A stretch of 64,000 bases of DNA, taken from positions 32,001-96,000 of the IMG/VR virus record IMGVR_UViG_3300035703_000022; one strand, 5' to 3'. How positions within the stretch are numbered: the first letter of the stretch is position 1; every line of letters begins with the position of its first letter. The DNA comes from a virus. Of this stretch, positions 18,090 through 27,822 are shown one piece after another. Under the pieces are notes generated by a model. It worked only from the letters and a program-made list of their open reading frames with translations. It did no database searches and was not told where the DNA came from. The translations under genes were made by a program, and so were the position numbers.

Positions 18090-18921
18090 TGGGTAAAATT
18101 ATTCTATCATTTGGTTTGCCATAAGTAAAGAAGTCTTCCAAAGTATATTCATCTCGAAGTTCTGTCCACCATTTTTTACATGATTTGTACGAAAATTCTA
18201 AATCACCTCTTTCCTCTTTTCTACAAATATTTTCAGCATAACTACCAAAACGTTGATTTATAGAAAACAAAGGCATGGAGTAAGTTTTGCCATTATGACA
18301 TAAAAAATAGTCTACCGTAAAATTTGGATTGTTAGTTTCTTTTTCAGTCCATTTATAATTACAGATTTTTTTGGATAAATCAAACTTACCATCTTTATAA
18401 TGAAGACTTATAATTTTTTCTGCATATCTTCTATTAATCATACAACCCCCAACTCCATGGCCAGGTAAAATTGGATGTAAAAAACAAGGAATTAGATCCG
18501 GATTTTCAAAACTCATTTGTATACAGTCCCAATCATAGGGGATATTGTTCATTAAATATTGCCAATCAAAGTGCCAGTATTCAATAAAAAATAAATCATA
18601 GTCATCCTCCATTAAAATTAAATATTTTTCATTGGTAGTTTCCAACCAATTCTTAATTATTAATAGATATGAAAGGGCTATACTTGTATCGGTAATATGT
18701 CGTTTATTTTTCTCGATGTCCTTTGGAAATGGGTTCAAAATAACCATATTTTTCCAATCTTCATATGTAGAAAATTGGTATTTTGATCCAGATACTTTCG
18801 TATAATTTGATATCCCCCAATAATCATATTGTATCTCAGCATATTTTTGTCTGTCCTCCCTTTCATCCAAAGTCAATAACATAATATGAGGAAGATCTTT
18901 TAATTTATTAGCTAAATTCAT
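18070..18921 (-). CDS. GT25-like glycosyltransferase
   Basis: LMEDDYD, IPYDWDCIQ; paralogue. Confidence 0.8.
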   Translation of the reverse strand: MNLANKLKDLPHIMLLTLDEREDRQKYAEIQYDYWGISNYTKVSGSKYQFSTYEDWKNMVILNPFPKDIEKNKRHITDTSIALSYLLIIKNWLETTNEKYLILMEDDYDLFFIEYWHFDWQYLMNNIPYDWDCIQMSFENPDLIPCFLHPILPGHGVGGCMINRRYAEKIISLHYKDGKFDLSKKICNYKWTEKETNNPNFTVDYFLCHNGKTYSMPLFSINQRFGSYAENICRKEERGDLEFSYKSCKKWWTELRDEYTLEDFFTYGKPNDRIILPSEFENV

Positions 18922-19301
18922 ATATCTATCTCTCTCGGTGTAATTATTCTATCATTTGGTTTGCCATAAGTAAAGAACTCATCCAAAGTATACTCATCTC
19001 TAAGTTCTGTCCACCACTTTTTATAAGCTTTATAAGAAAACTCTAAATCAGTTCTCTCTGGTTTTCTGCAAATATTTTGAGCCCAACTACCAAGATTTTG
19101 ATTTACGGAAAATAGAGGAATGCAGTAAGTTTTTCCATTGTGACCTAGAAAATAATCTGTGGTAAAATTTGGCATACCTAGTCCTTCATAGGTAGAGATG
19201 CCCTTGGGTGACCACTTATAGTTAGAAATTTTTTGTGAGAGATCAAACTTACCATCTTTATAATGAAGACTTATAATTTTTTCTGCATATCTTCTATTAA
19301 T
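18379..19301. repeat. 60-bp exact direct repeat (18379-18438 = 19242-19301) between GT25 paralogues
   Basis: atcaaacttaccatctttataatg...cttctattaat identical. Confidence 0.9.
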
Positions 19302-19787
19302 TAATGAACCTCCACTATCATGTTTAGCTAGAATTGGATGCAAAAAACAGGGAATTTCTTCTTCATTTTCAAAACTCATCTGAATACAATCCCAATCATA
19401 CGGAAGACTATTCATCAGATATTCCCAATCAAAGTGCCAATGTTCTATAAAACTTAGATCATAGTCATCTTCCATGATAATAACATATTGATCATTACTA
19501 GTCTCCAACCAATTTTTAATGTTTACTAAATGGGAAAGAGTAATAGAAATTTCTGCAATATGATGATTCTTTCTCAGATAATCTTCAGGAAAAGGATTCA
19601 AAATAACTAAATCTTTCCAATAATTTTCATATGTTGAAAGTTGATACTTTGATCCAGATACTTTTGTATAATTTTTTATTCCCCAATAATCATATTGAGT
19701 TTCGGTATATTCCAACCTATCCTTTCTTTCATCTATTGTTGCCAGAATAATAGGAGGAAAATTTCGTAACTTATCTTTTAAATTCAT
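18918..19787 (-). CDS. GT25-like glycosyltransferase
   Basis: IMEDDYD, LPYDWDCIQ; paralogue. Confidence 0.8.
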   Translation of the reverse strand: MNLKDKLRNFPPIILATIDERKDRLEYTETQYDYWGIKNYTKVSGSKYQLSTYENYWKDLVILNPFPEDYLRKNHHIAEISITLSHLVNIKNWLETSNDQYVIIMEDDYDLSFIEHWHFDWEYLMNSLPYDWDCIQMSFENEEEIPCFLHPILAKHDSGGSLINRRYAEKIISLHYKDGKFDLSQKISNYKWSPKGISTYEGLGMPNFTTDYFLGHNGKTYCIPLFSVNQNLGSWAQNICRKPERTDLEFSYKAYKKWWTELRDEYTLDEFFTYGKPNDRIITPREIDI

Positions 19788-20586
19788 GACTCACTTCTAT
19801 GCACAATTCTTTCATTCTAGATGAATTTAAATAAAAAATATCATCCAAAGTATAATTTAAAGACTTACGTTTCCACCAATCTAAAACTATAACATCACAA
19901 TTTTTAGCCATATAATTTATATCTCCATTCCTAAGTCCATCACTTACAAAATTATAATTAGTAGTGAAAATTGGAATAGAATAAGTAACCCCTATTTGAT
20001 ACAAAACAAAATCTACAGACTGGTAATGATATTGTGGCCAATTTAAATTATATCCGTAATTAGAATACAATTTAAATTTTTCATCCACATAATGAAGATT
20101 GATGAGTTTTTGTGCATATGATCTATTAATAAGTATGCATCCAGTAGAGTGATTATTCCTAGTCCATTTGGATAAATTCATCTTAACAAATCTCTCACCA
20201 ATAATATGAAGTTGAACACATTCCCAATTGCAAGGTAAATTATTTTCAAAAGTTTTCCAATCAAAATTCCAGTATTCAACTGGTTCTAGGCATAAATCAT
20301 CCTCAATAATTAAACAAGTTTCCGAAACATTTGATTCATACCAATCAATTATGCCATGCATTCTATCAATTAAAGTAGCAAGAAACCATACTTGCGTTCT
20401 AAGTTTATCAGTTATTACTTTAGGTTTCCATTCTTTGTAATTATCTACCGAATATCTAGAAGAATTAACTCTATGGTAGTCTTTTATCCCATATTTTGAG
20501 AACTGGGTTTCCAAGTACTCTCTGCGATCTGCTCTATGATCTAAGTTAAAATAATATATGGGAGGAATCGTATCCAACTTTGTCAT
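19771..20586 (-). CDS. GT25-like glycosyltransferase
   Basis: IYYFNLDHRADR, IIEDD, LPCNWECVQL. Confidence 0.8.
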   Translation of the reverse strand: MTKLDTIPPIYYFNLDHRADRREYLETQFSKYGIKDYHRVNSSRYSVDNYKEWKPKVITDKLRTQVWFLATLIDRMHGIIDWYESNVSETCLIIEDDLCLEPVEYWNFDWKTFENNLPCNWECVQLHIIGERFVKMNLSKWTRNNHSTGCILINRSYAQKLINLHYVDEKFKLYSNYGYNLNWPQYHYQSVDFVLYQIGVTYSIPIFTTNYNFVSDGLRNGDINYMAKNCDVIVLDWWKRKSLNYTLDDIFYLNSSRMKELCIEVSHEFKR

Positions 20587-21380
20587 TATAAATTTACTTT
20601 TACAGTCATTTCAGAATCATTATCTTTACCATAAGAAAAAAATTCATCTAAAGAATAATTATCTCTCAGATTGTTCCACCAATTATAGTAAATATCTCTG
20701 CAGATAAAATGATGTTTTTTGGGTATTTTATCTAACTCTGGATTTTGAGTTATTAGAGGTAATTGATATGTTTTTCCTAGAAAAGAAAAGAAACCATCCA
20801 ATGAAACGACTCGATAACCTTTATTAAATGGATGAATTCCATATTTACGAATTAATAGATATTTTTCTTTGAAATAGTGTAAGTTGATTAATTTTTGAGC
20901 AAAATGTCTATTAATTAAGAGTGGACCAAAAGCACTAGTCTGATCCTTTGGATGTAGAAAAAACTTAATATGATACGATGATTCATATCCCAATTGTATA
21001 CAATCCCAATCATATGGAATGTTATTCATTAGATATTGCCAATCAAAGTGCCAGTGTTTGATTAAACTTAAATCATAATCGTCTTCCATAATAATAAGAT
21101 ATTTTTCATTGGTAGTTTCCAACCAATATCTAATCATTTCAAAAGTCGAGAGACTAATTGAAGCAGTTAATATATGATCGTCTTTTGTAATCATTTCAGA
21201 AAAATGTAATACATCTTTCCAATCATTATAATTTTTAGATAAGTAATTTGATCCAGAAAATCTCACCACATTAGTGAGATTCCAGTTTTCAAATTGTGTT
21301 TCCATATATTTTCTTCTATCCAATTCAGAATCCAAATTTAGATAGTAGATACTAGGAATTCCTTTAAGTTTATCAGACAT
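20586..21380 (-). CDS. GT25-like glycosyltransferase
   Basis: IYYLNLD..DR, IMEDD, IPYDWDCIQL. Confidence 0.8.
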   Translation of the reverse strand: MSDKLKGIPSIYYLNLDSELDRRKYMETQFENWNLTNVVRFSGSNYLSKNYNDWKDVLHFSEMITKDDHILTASISLSTFEMIRYWLETTNEKYLIIMEDDYDLSLIKHWHFDWQYLMNNIPYDWDCIQLGYESSYHIKFFLHPKDQTSAFGPLLINRHFAQKLINLHYFKEKYLLIRKYGIHPFNKGYRVVSLDGFFSFLGKTYQLPLITQNPELDKIPKKHHFICRDIYYNWWNNLRDNYSLDEFFSYGKDNDSEMTVKVNL

Positions 21381-22542
21381 ACCAAGTAATAATAGAATAT
21401 CTAGTTCCAGAAATTACCGGCATTATTTCATGTGGATACATAAAATTTGAAGGAAACATGATAATAGATCCTTTAGAACCTCTTATTATGATTTCTCTAT
21501 CAAAAAATGCAAACTCACCTCCTTCATAATCATCATTCAAAAGAAAAGAACAACTTACTGATCTTTGTTGATTTTTGAATGAATCGGTATGTTGAATATA
21601 AAACTGTCCTTTTTTATATCTCAGTAAATCATAACCAGTGTCAATCTCTGAAGCAACTTCTGGAAATATTTTTCTATATTCATTTATAGCATTTGAAGCG
21701 CAGACATAAAAATCCTCATCTAATTTTTTTCTAACATCAAAATTCTTTTGGTGTGCAATATCACTAGATATACTTAAAATATCGCAATTCCTAACCTTAT
21801 CATCAACATTTCCAACACCTACACTACTCTGTTGCCAAAGACTACATCCTTGATATTCTTCCAAAATTCTATCACACAATTCTTTCGGAACAACATTATC
21901 TAATGTAAAAATATAGTCTTCTAATGATTTTTTACTCTTAATGTGAATTGGTTTTGTTTCTGATTTTTTCTTAGGAACAATATCTTCAACTATTGGTTTA
22001 GTCGTTTCATTAAGTTTATCGAAGTATGTATATGAACAATCTCCACGACTTCTAACATAATGTAAAAATACTTGGGTATAGTATTCACCATGATAAGAAT
22101 TTCTCCAATGTGGAGCAATTTTACCAAGATAAATCATGGCATCTCCCGGATTTAAATCCACGGAATGTTGTTCTCCTGTTGGGGTTTCAATCCATATTGG
22201 CCAATCAGAATCACCATGCAAATGCAAAGTCAATGATATTTCACAAGCATCTCTATCGATATGACGTAGTAATTCACTACCATTTTTATAAATTCTAGCG
22301 TAAGTATACGTAGGTAAGACAGTTTCTCCAATCGCATTAGAAATTTCTGAAGTTTTTTCACAAAGTAATTCTAAAAATGGAATGTAATTATACTTGGAAT
22401 AAGAATTTGGAGCTTGTTCATCTCCATTTAAATTATTTTCTTTGCAATACTCCAAAAATTCAAAAGAAAGAGAATCCGACCTTTCCTTTGAAATAAAATT
22501 TGGTAGTACAATATAATTATTATTAATTAATTTATCATTCAT
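21373..22542 (-). CDS. tandem-domain 2OG-Fe(II) oxygenase (C-terminal prolyl-4-hydroxylase-like)
   Basis: HIDRDACEIS...HWR in the first domain; HTD...YEGGEF...YPHE...RYS in the second. Confidence 0.88.
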   Translation of the reverse strand: MNDKLINNNYIVLPNFISKERSDSLSFEFLEYCKENNLNGDEQAPNSYSKYNYIPFLELLCEKTSEISNAIGETVLPTYTYARIYKNGSELLRHIDRDACEISLTLHLHGDSDWPIWIETPTGEQHSVDLNPGDAMIYLGKIAPHWRNSYHGEYYTQVFLHYVRSRGDCSYTYFDKLNETTKPIVEDIVPKKKSETKPIHIKSKKSLEDYIFTLDNVVPKELCDRILEEYQGCSLWQQSSVGVGNVDDKVRNCDILSISSDIAHQKNFDVRKKLDEDFYVCASNAINEYRKIFPEVASEIDTGYDLLRYKKGQFYIQHTDSFKNQQRSVSCSFLLNDDYEGGEFAFFDREIIIRGSKGSIIMFPSNFMYPHEIMPVISGTRYSIITWYV

Positions 22543-22565
22543 AATTTAATATAATCAATGAAAGT

Positions 22566-23078
22566 TTAAATTTCTTTTAGTAACTCCTCAATATCATAAA
22601 ATAGATCTTCATCTTCATCATCTTCTTCAACTTTTTGATTAGGAAGCAAAGGTTCTACTGGAGGTATGTGGTTTGGTGTTGGTGGAATATATGTTTCTGC
22701 TACTACTTCATCAACAAAGTCATCAAAGTTCTCAATAGATATGCCATCTTCATCATCAAAAGAAATGAATTGTGATCTCACACGTTCTTCATGTTCTTTT
22801 TTAAGTCTCTCTTCTTCCTCTAAACGTTTTTGTAGAAGTGCATCCTCTTCTTCTTTTCGTTCGTTCCATAAATTAACTGCGGTTTGGAATATACCCAGCT
22901 CAGTAATTTCCAAATTTTGATCTGGTCCAACAAATTCAACTTCACCTTTAGTATCATACCACTGAACTGCATGAACTTTCTTTCCATCAATATCAGGAAC
23001 CCAACTCATATCCAAATCGGAATATCCAATTCCATTTAAATAAACAGAACGATCTATAGGAATAATAGATAGTCTCAT
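22566..23078 (-). CDS. hypothetical protein, possible tail-fibre assembly/chaperone
   Basis: VHAVQWY motif; follows tail-fibre-like genes. Confidence 0.55.
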   Translation of the reverse strand: MRLSIIPIDRSVYLNGIGYSDLDMSWVPDIDGKKVHAVQWYDTKGEVEFVGPDQNLEITELGIFQTAVNLWNERKEEEDALLQKRLEEEERLKKEHEERVRSQFISFDDEDGISIENFDDFVDEVVAETYIPPTPNHIPPVEPLLPNQKVEEDDEDEDLFYDIEELLKEI

Positions 23079-23081
23079 AAT

Positions 23082-23426
23082 TTATTCTCCTAAATTTTCT
23101 GGTAACGTGTGAGTACTTGTCAAAGAAGTTATATTTACTGGCAAAATACCATTTTGTTGAATCATATCAATATATAGTTGTCTATTTTCATCATTAGACT
23201 TTACTACTTCGTTTCTAAATGACTCTACTGCTGCTCCAGTTTGTCTCTGTTGTTGAGAATTTTCAATAGTTAACATAGGCATCCAAGTAACAGCACATGA
23301 CCAATGATCTACATCTTCTCCCGTATTTGGATTCATTCCCCTTACATGCATATACCAAGAACACTTATGTTCTACACAGTCCTTTTTAATCAAGGGACAA
23401 AAATTTCCAGATTGATTTTTTTTCAT
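23082..23426 (-). CDS. Cys-rich hypothetical phage protein
   Basis: CPLIKKDC...C.W; GAAVESFRNE. Confidence 0.7.
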   Translation of the reverse strand: MKKNQSGNFCPLIKKDCVEHKCSWYMHVRGMNPNTGEDVDHWSCAVTWMPMLTIENSQQQRQTGAAVESFRNEVVKSNDENRQLYIDMIQQNGILPVNITSLTSTHTLPENLGE

Positions 23427-23461
23427 ATTGAAATAACAATTATACTATATTCTACTACAAC

Positions 23462-23980
23462 TTAATTAAAACTACAAACAATAACATCAATATACTGAAC
23501 CCTAAGATCTAAATCGATTGTAAAATTAGCTGTACCAGACCATGGGTGGGAATGAGATTCTCCTCCACCAGTAGATCCTGTTGATGGTGTAGTTCTAGTC
23601 CAACCAGAACCACTTCCAACATCACCACCACCAGGAGACAATCCAATAGCGCCTGAGTTTGGGTGTGTATGACTTGGCAATTGGGCAGTTGTTAATGTAT
23701 GATTACCAACAGATCCAGTCATTGGTATACTTGGGGATGTTACAGTTCTAAGGGAGGTAGGAAATACTGTACTAAAAGATGAAGTTCCACCAGAACCTCC
23801 TCCATCACCATTAACAACTCTAAGAGTCTTATCATTATGGGTTGTACTCTTTGTCCACCCAGAGGGTGCGGATTGTTGAAAAAATATAGATACTGAACTT
23901 TGAGGGACAATACCATATTTGGAATTCAAAATTGTATTATCACCAAAAACTACTCCAGAAGATGTTAATTTAGCTGCCAT
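23462..23980 (-). CDS. short tail-fibre/collar-like structural protein
   Basis: APSGWTK, LRVV.G.GGGSGG, HTLTTAQLPSHTH, SHSH. Confidence 0.75.
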   Translation of the reverse strand: MAAKLTSSGVVFGDNTILNSKYGIVPQSSVSIFFQQSAPSGWTKSTTHNDKTLRVVNGDGGGSGGTSSFSTVFPTSLRTVTSPSIPMTGSVGNHTLTTAQLPSHTHPNSGAIGLSPGGGDVGSGSGWTRTTPSTGSTGGGESHSHPWSGTANFTIDLDLRVQYIDVIVCSFN

Positions 23981-24018
23981 TTTATATAATGTAAACTACA
24001 GATTGTTATTAACAGTAT

Positions 24019-24567
24019 TTATCCATCAAAAGTACAGATAATAATATCTACATATTGAACAGATATACTAACTGATTGTGGGCTTACGGGTCCACTTACA
24101 CTAACAGGATGACTATGACCGTCGCCTCCAGTAAATTCACCTATTGCAGGAGTTGTTCTAGTCCAACCAGCAGATCTAATTACATCGCCTCCATTCCATC
24201 CAATAAAAGATCCATCTGGGTTAAATAATTGTGGAACTGCATCCAATCCAGTTGGTTGAGGGTGGGTATGAGACGCAATTTGACTAGTTAATAATTGATG
24301 TGGTCCAGAAGGATTAGTAGAATATATTGTACCTCCAATATTAAAACTACTCATAGTAGATGTAAATGAATTTGTTCCCCCAGAACCTCCACCATTACCA
24401 CTAACAACTCTAAGTGCCTTATTGTTGTGAGTTGTAACCTTAGTCCATCCGGAGGGTGCTGATTGTTGATAAAAAATCCAAGAAGTACCTGTACTAAAAA
24501 TACCTCTTTTGGAATTTAGTTGGCTTGTGTCACTAAATGTAATACCATTTGCAGTCAATTTGGCCAT
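24019..24567 (-). CDS. short tail-fibre/collar-like structural protein, paralogue
   Basis: APSGWTK, HQLLTSQIASHTH, GHSH, VQYVDIIIC. Confidence 0.75.
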   Translation of the reverse strand: MAKLTANGITFSDTSQLNSKRGIFSTGTSWIFYQQSAPSGWTKVTTHNNKALRVVSGNGGGSGGTNSFTSTMSSFNIGGTIYSTNPSGPHQLLTSQIASHTHPQPTGLDAVPQLFNPDGSFIGWNGGDVIRSAGWTRTTPAIGEFTGGDGHSHPVSVSGPVSPQSVSISVQYVDIIICTFDG

Positions 24568-24598
24568 TTTTTATTCCAACATATTACCTATCTTAGAA

Positions 24599-24606
24599 TA
24601 TTTATA
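24599..24606 (-). promoter_or_regulatory. T4 late promoter heading the 13.6-24.6 kb cassette
   Basis: TATAAATA on minus strand ~32 nt upstream of ATG 24567. Confidence 0.75.
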
Positions 24607-24608
24607 AT

Positions 24609-24809
24609 TTAATTTTTGGGCTTTATCTTATTACATTCGTTACAATAATAACTAAATCCATCTCTAAAATATTTTACTTTTTGAAAGTTTTCTTCATTCA
24701 GTGATTTAGTCTCACCACATTTACTACATGTCCTTTCCGTATTGTTTTTTTGCTCGCTTGAGATCTTTGAGTTCTGCTTTAATTTCTTTATAAGCGGCGT
24801 TAGCATCAA
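24609..24809 (-). CDS. small Zn-finger-like hypothetical protein
   Basis: CSKC...CNEC. Confidence 0.55.
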   Translation of the reverse strand: MMLTPLIKKLKQNSKISSEQKNNTERTCSKCGETKSLNEENFQKVKYFRDGFSYYCNECNKIKPKN

Positions 24810-24924
24810 TTTTTCCCCCCATTTCTAATGCACAAATAATATCCACTCTAGTGCCAAAATGTGCAAGTGCTTTTTCAAAATCGTCTAATTCATACATCGT
24901 AATCAATCCTACAATGTTCTGCAA
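24724..24924 (-). CDS. hypothetical protein
   Basis: FGTRVDIICALEMGGKI. Confidence 0.65.
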   Translation of the reverse strand: MQNIVGLITMYELDDFEKALAHFGTRVDIICALEMGGKIDANAAYKEIKAELKDLKRAKKQYGKDM

Positions 24925-25105
24925 TAATATCTATACGAGCATCTAAAGAATTTTCCATCTCATACAAAGCATTAGTCAAACCTACATTTTCTTCTTCCAA
25001 TACTTTAATACGATCTTCAAGTTCTTGCAACTTTTGAAAGACTACATCACCAGGAGTAGGATCTGGGAACCCCCACTTCTTAAAAAACCAATAAGGATCA
25101 CTCAT
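24890..25105 (-). CDS. coiled-coil hypothetical protein
   Basis: LEEENVGLTNALYEMENSLDARID. Confidence 0.7.
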   Translation of the reverse strand: MSDPYWFFKKWGFPDPTPGDVVFQKLQELEDRIKVLEEENVGLTNALYEMENSLDARIDIIAEHCRIDYDV

Positions 25106-25232
25106 AGTCCAACAGACCTCAGATAATTTTCATATCTCATAAATCTTTGAAGTGATGGAGTTACTCCAAGACTTTCACAACACCTACAATATGAAATAAA
25201 TTCATACCAAGGCGTTGTCGGATCCGTATCAC

Positions 25233-25445
25233 TCACAATTTGCCTCCTACTGTACCTTCGTGAATTTTTTCGGGTTCAGGGAAACCTTCCTGCCGTCCTT
25301 TAAGATAAAAACGGGTTGCTGCAACACATTGTTCTTCAGTGAGAGACGTGACCAATCCTTTTCCATCAGAATCGGTTGATTCCCAGAGTCCATACTTTCT
25401 TTGAGTAATGTAAAAACAATCATCAATTAATTTCTTTTCGGTCAT
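25233..25445 (-). CDS. hypothetical protein
   Basis: IDDCFY...VGGKL. Confidence 0.7.
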   Translation of the reverse strand: MTEKKLIDDCFYITQRKYGLWESTDSDGKGLVTSLTEEQCVAATRFYLKGRQEGFPEPEKIHEGTVGGKL

Positions 25446-25546
25446 TTACTTGTTTTACAATTTCATGAAGTTGTTTCAGTGCCTCAATGGTTTCAGGAGT
25501 TTCTTCCCAAAACCAAGAATTGCCGTTTTTGTCTACAAATGTGCGT

Positions 25547-25759
25547 TCAGTCATACTTATAACTCAATGTAATGTCTTTCTTTTTAAGATTGTATCGATC
25601 AATATGTTTTTTACGGTGTTCTTCACTCTGAAAATAACACTTACGAGTTTCTTTTCCGTCTGCGTGAATCAATTTATAAGGAAATTGATCGAAAGGGAAT
25701 TCTTCTTCCCTATTTTGAGAAACCGTTAGTTCACTTTTCTTTGGTCGTCCCATAATCAT
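25547..25759 (-). CDS. hypothetical protein
   Basis: FPYKL...KCYFQSEEH. Confidence 0.65.
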   Translation of the reverse strand: MIMGRPKKSELTVSQNREEEFPFDQFPYKLIHADGKETRKCYFQSEEHRKKHIDRYNLKKKDITLSYKYD

Positions 25760-25921
25760 TAAGTCGGCTGCTCTACTCGTTGAGTATACACGGTATCAAA
25801 CAGTTCGTCAAGTATGGTGGCGCACTCCCAGTATTCTTTACTGTCGTGAGTGCATTTTTCAATCTGATAACGACGAACTGCATTATGAATAAGTTTCCAC
25901 TGATCTTGTCTGAATTCCATA

Positions 25922-26395
25922 TTACTCTCCTAGTGTATGAATAACTGGTTTTTCGTGTGCTAGTATATGGTAAAGGTCTGGGTTCTTTGCTGCTGATATC
26001 GGAACAAATTCCGTCTCAGAATCAAACTCTTCGTCACGAATTGCCTGGTTGATAACAATAGAACCATCTATACCAGAGTATGAACGATGAAAAGTCATTT
26101 TAGGAATGACCAAAGCACCAGAAGAACGATTAAGATGAACAATATGGTAAGGATATCTCCATTCTGGATTGACCAACTCAAAAGTTCTCATTCCAGATAA
26201 CACACGATTATGATCTATTTGATGATAATGAATATAAAATTGTTTTGCTCCTACAATGTCATCTGGTGGACTGATAGCCGGACCAGTATGACATACTAAG
26301 TCTTGTGCATTTGATCCATCTACTGATATATCATAAAATACAACCGATTCTGTTTCACGGAATACTCTATGTTTTTTAAAAGTTACTTCGCTCAT
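25922..26395 (-). CDS. cupin-like cyanophage protein
   Basis: FRET..V.FYDI, QFYIHYHQIDHN, FHRS. Confidence 0.7.
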   Translation of the reverse strand: MSEVTFKKHRVFRETESVVFYDISVDGSNAQDLVCHTGPAISPPDDIVGAKQFYIHYHQIDHNRVLSGMRTFELVNPEWRYPYHIVHLNRSSGALVIPKMTFHRSYSGIDGSIVINQAIRDEEFDSETEFVPISAAKNPDLYHILAHEKPVIHTLGE

Positions 26396-27411
26396 TTTAA
26401 CAGGTTTAAATAAGATCCACTATAGACTCCACCTTCTATATATTCATCATAATTTGGTGCCCATTTATTAACATTAATATCACTAGAACAGTGACACAAT
26501 GTTGTATTGCAGATGATTGGACTAGTTGGCCACTTAATGTTTTCATAGTCTTCTATTTCTCCAATAAAGTCCCCAACCATACAATTTCCGGGTTTTATTT
26601 TCCCATCATAATGCACAAATAAACTTTTTAATCCTATTTCACATGTATATCCTTCAAAATTAGTCATTCCAGAATTAACGAATTGGACCGGATTAATTTC
26701 CATACCTGATACAATAGATCCATCGTCAAATTCGAAAGAAGAACCCATATCTACTGGTTGATGTTTTGGTAATAAGTGATTCATGATTTTACGATGACCC
26801 TTATTATTTTCTTGATCATCAAACCAATCTAATTGATCTTTCGTGTAAACATGTGCATCTCTATTTTCACCACCGAAGTCTAAAATTCTAACAGGTTCCA
26901 CACAAGATGTAGGAATATCTGATATGGAATTGAATACTTCTACGCAATGATCCCACATAGATGGTAACATCATAACTCTTACAGTTAGATAAGTATTTAA
27001 ACTAGATGCAATTATTTTTTCCTTAAAGTCTTTAACTGGAAACTCGGGATGATATGAAAAACAAATATAATACAAATATTTTGAAATATCTTCCCAATAC
27101 TCTATTGATTTGATAGCATTACTAGTCACACCTATAGTGTTACCAGAAGAATTAAATTTTTTTACCAGATCTGGAAAGAATGGGCTAAGAGTTGGTTCAC
27201 CTCCACTTACTGAACAATGAACATTTGAATAATTTTCAAATAATTTATCTAAAAATTTTTCTGCATTTTCCCAACTATAGTGATGTCCAATGCCTGAATT
27301 TAAAGCGGGTATACAATATGAACATCTATTATTACACATATTGTTAATTACCCAAGTTAAATTCATAAAAGATTGATCATTTTGAATTACTCTAATAATT
27401 TTTTTGTTCAT
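26392..27411 (-). CDS. radical SAM protein with C-terminal Cys cluster
   Basis: CNNRCSYC (CxxxCxxC), SGGEPT, SYHPE, C-terminal Cys residues. Confidence 0.9.
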   Translation of the reverse strand: MNKKIIRVIQNDQSFMNLTWVINNMCNNRCSYCIPALNSGIGHHYSWENAEKFLDKLFENYSNVHCSVSGGEPTLSPFFPDLVKKFNSSGNTIGVTSNAIKSIEYWEDISKYLYYICFSYHPEFPVKDFKEKIIASSLNTYLTVRVMMLPSMWDHCVEVFNSISDIPTSCVEPVRILDFGGENRDAHVYTKDQLDWFDDQENNKGHRKIMNHLLPKHQPVDMGSSFEFDDGSIVSGMEINPVQFVNSGMTNFEGYTCEIGLKSLFVHYDGKIKPGNCMVGDFIGEIEDYENIKWPTSPIICNTTLCHCSSDINVNKWAPNYDEYIEGGVYSGSYLNLLK

Positions 27412-27415
27412 TATA

Positions 27416-27610
27416 CTAATCGTACAAATTTTGTTCTCTTTGTACTCTATCTAGGTAATGATATAAAGTTTGTTTAGAATATTTAAATTCTTTGAATCTA
27501 CATGGATTATTTTTTTCCATTTTATGTAACATATTAATCCAGTCATAATGTTTGTCTACAATCCATCCATAACGACGTTCATCATAAAATATATCAAAAA
27601 TGGAAACCAT
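27416..27610 (-). CDS. hypothetical protein
   Basis: ORF in operon. Confidence 0.6.
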   Translation of the reverse strand: MVSIFDIFYDERRYGWIVDKHYDWINMLHKMEKNNPCRFKEFKYSKQTLYHYLDRVQREQNLYD

Positions 27611-27822
27611 TATTCAAACTCTCTCGAAACATTCATTTTTTTTGTAGGCGGTTCGTATGGGGGAATAACCTCACAAGTTATACGAATATCTGTACTTTTA
27701 GTCGCTTCTGCCATCTGACGATATCCCGAACCAACATAAATCTGACCTCCAACTACAGCTATAGCCATGATTCCCCAAAAAATGTAATACCACTTGGATT
27801 TTACTTGGTGTTGTTTATTCAT
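27610..27822 (-). CDS. small membrane protein
   Basis: WYYIFWGIMAIAVVGGQIYVG. Confidence 0.7.
   Translation of the reverse strand: MNKQHQVKSKWYYIFWGIMAIAVVGGQIYVGSGYRQMAEATKSTDIRITCEVIPPYEPPTKKMNVSREFE

Noticed and set aside
5759-19301. Both exact repeat pairs have the same 863-bp offset
   Set aside because: Most simply explained by similar lengths of tandem GT genes; the two repeats are unrelated in sequence
18070-24567. Diversity-generating retroelement TR/VR or CRISPR array
   Set aside because: No reverse transcriptase, no adenine-specific mismatch pattern and no regularly spaced repeats; the repeats are paralogue homology
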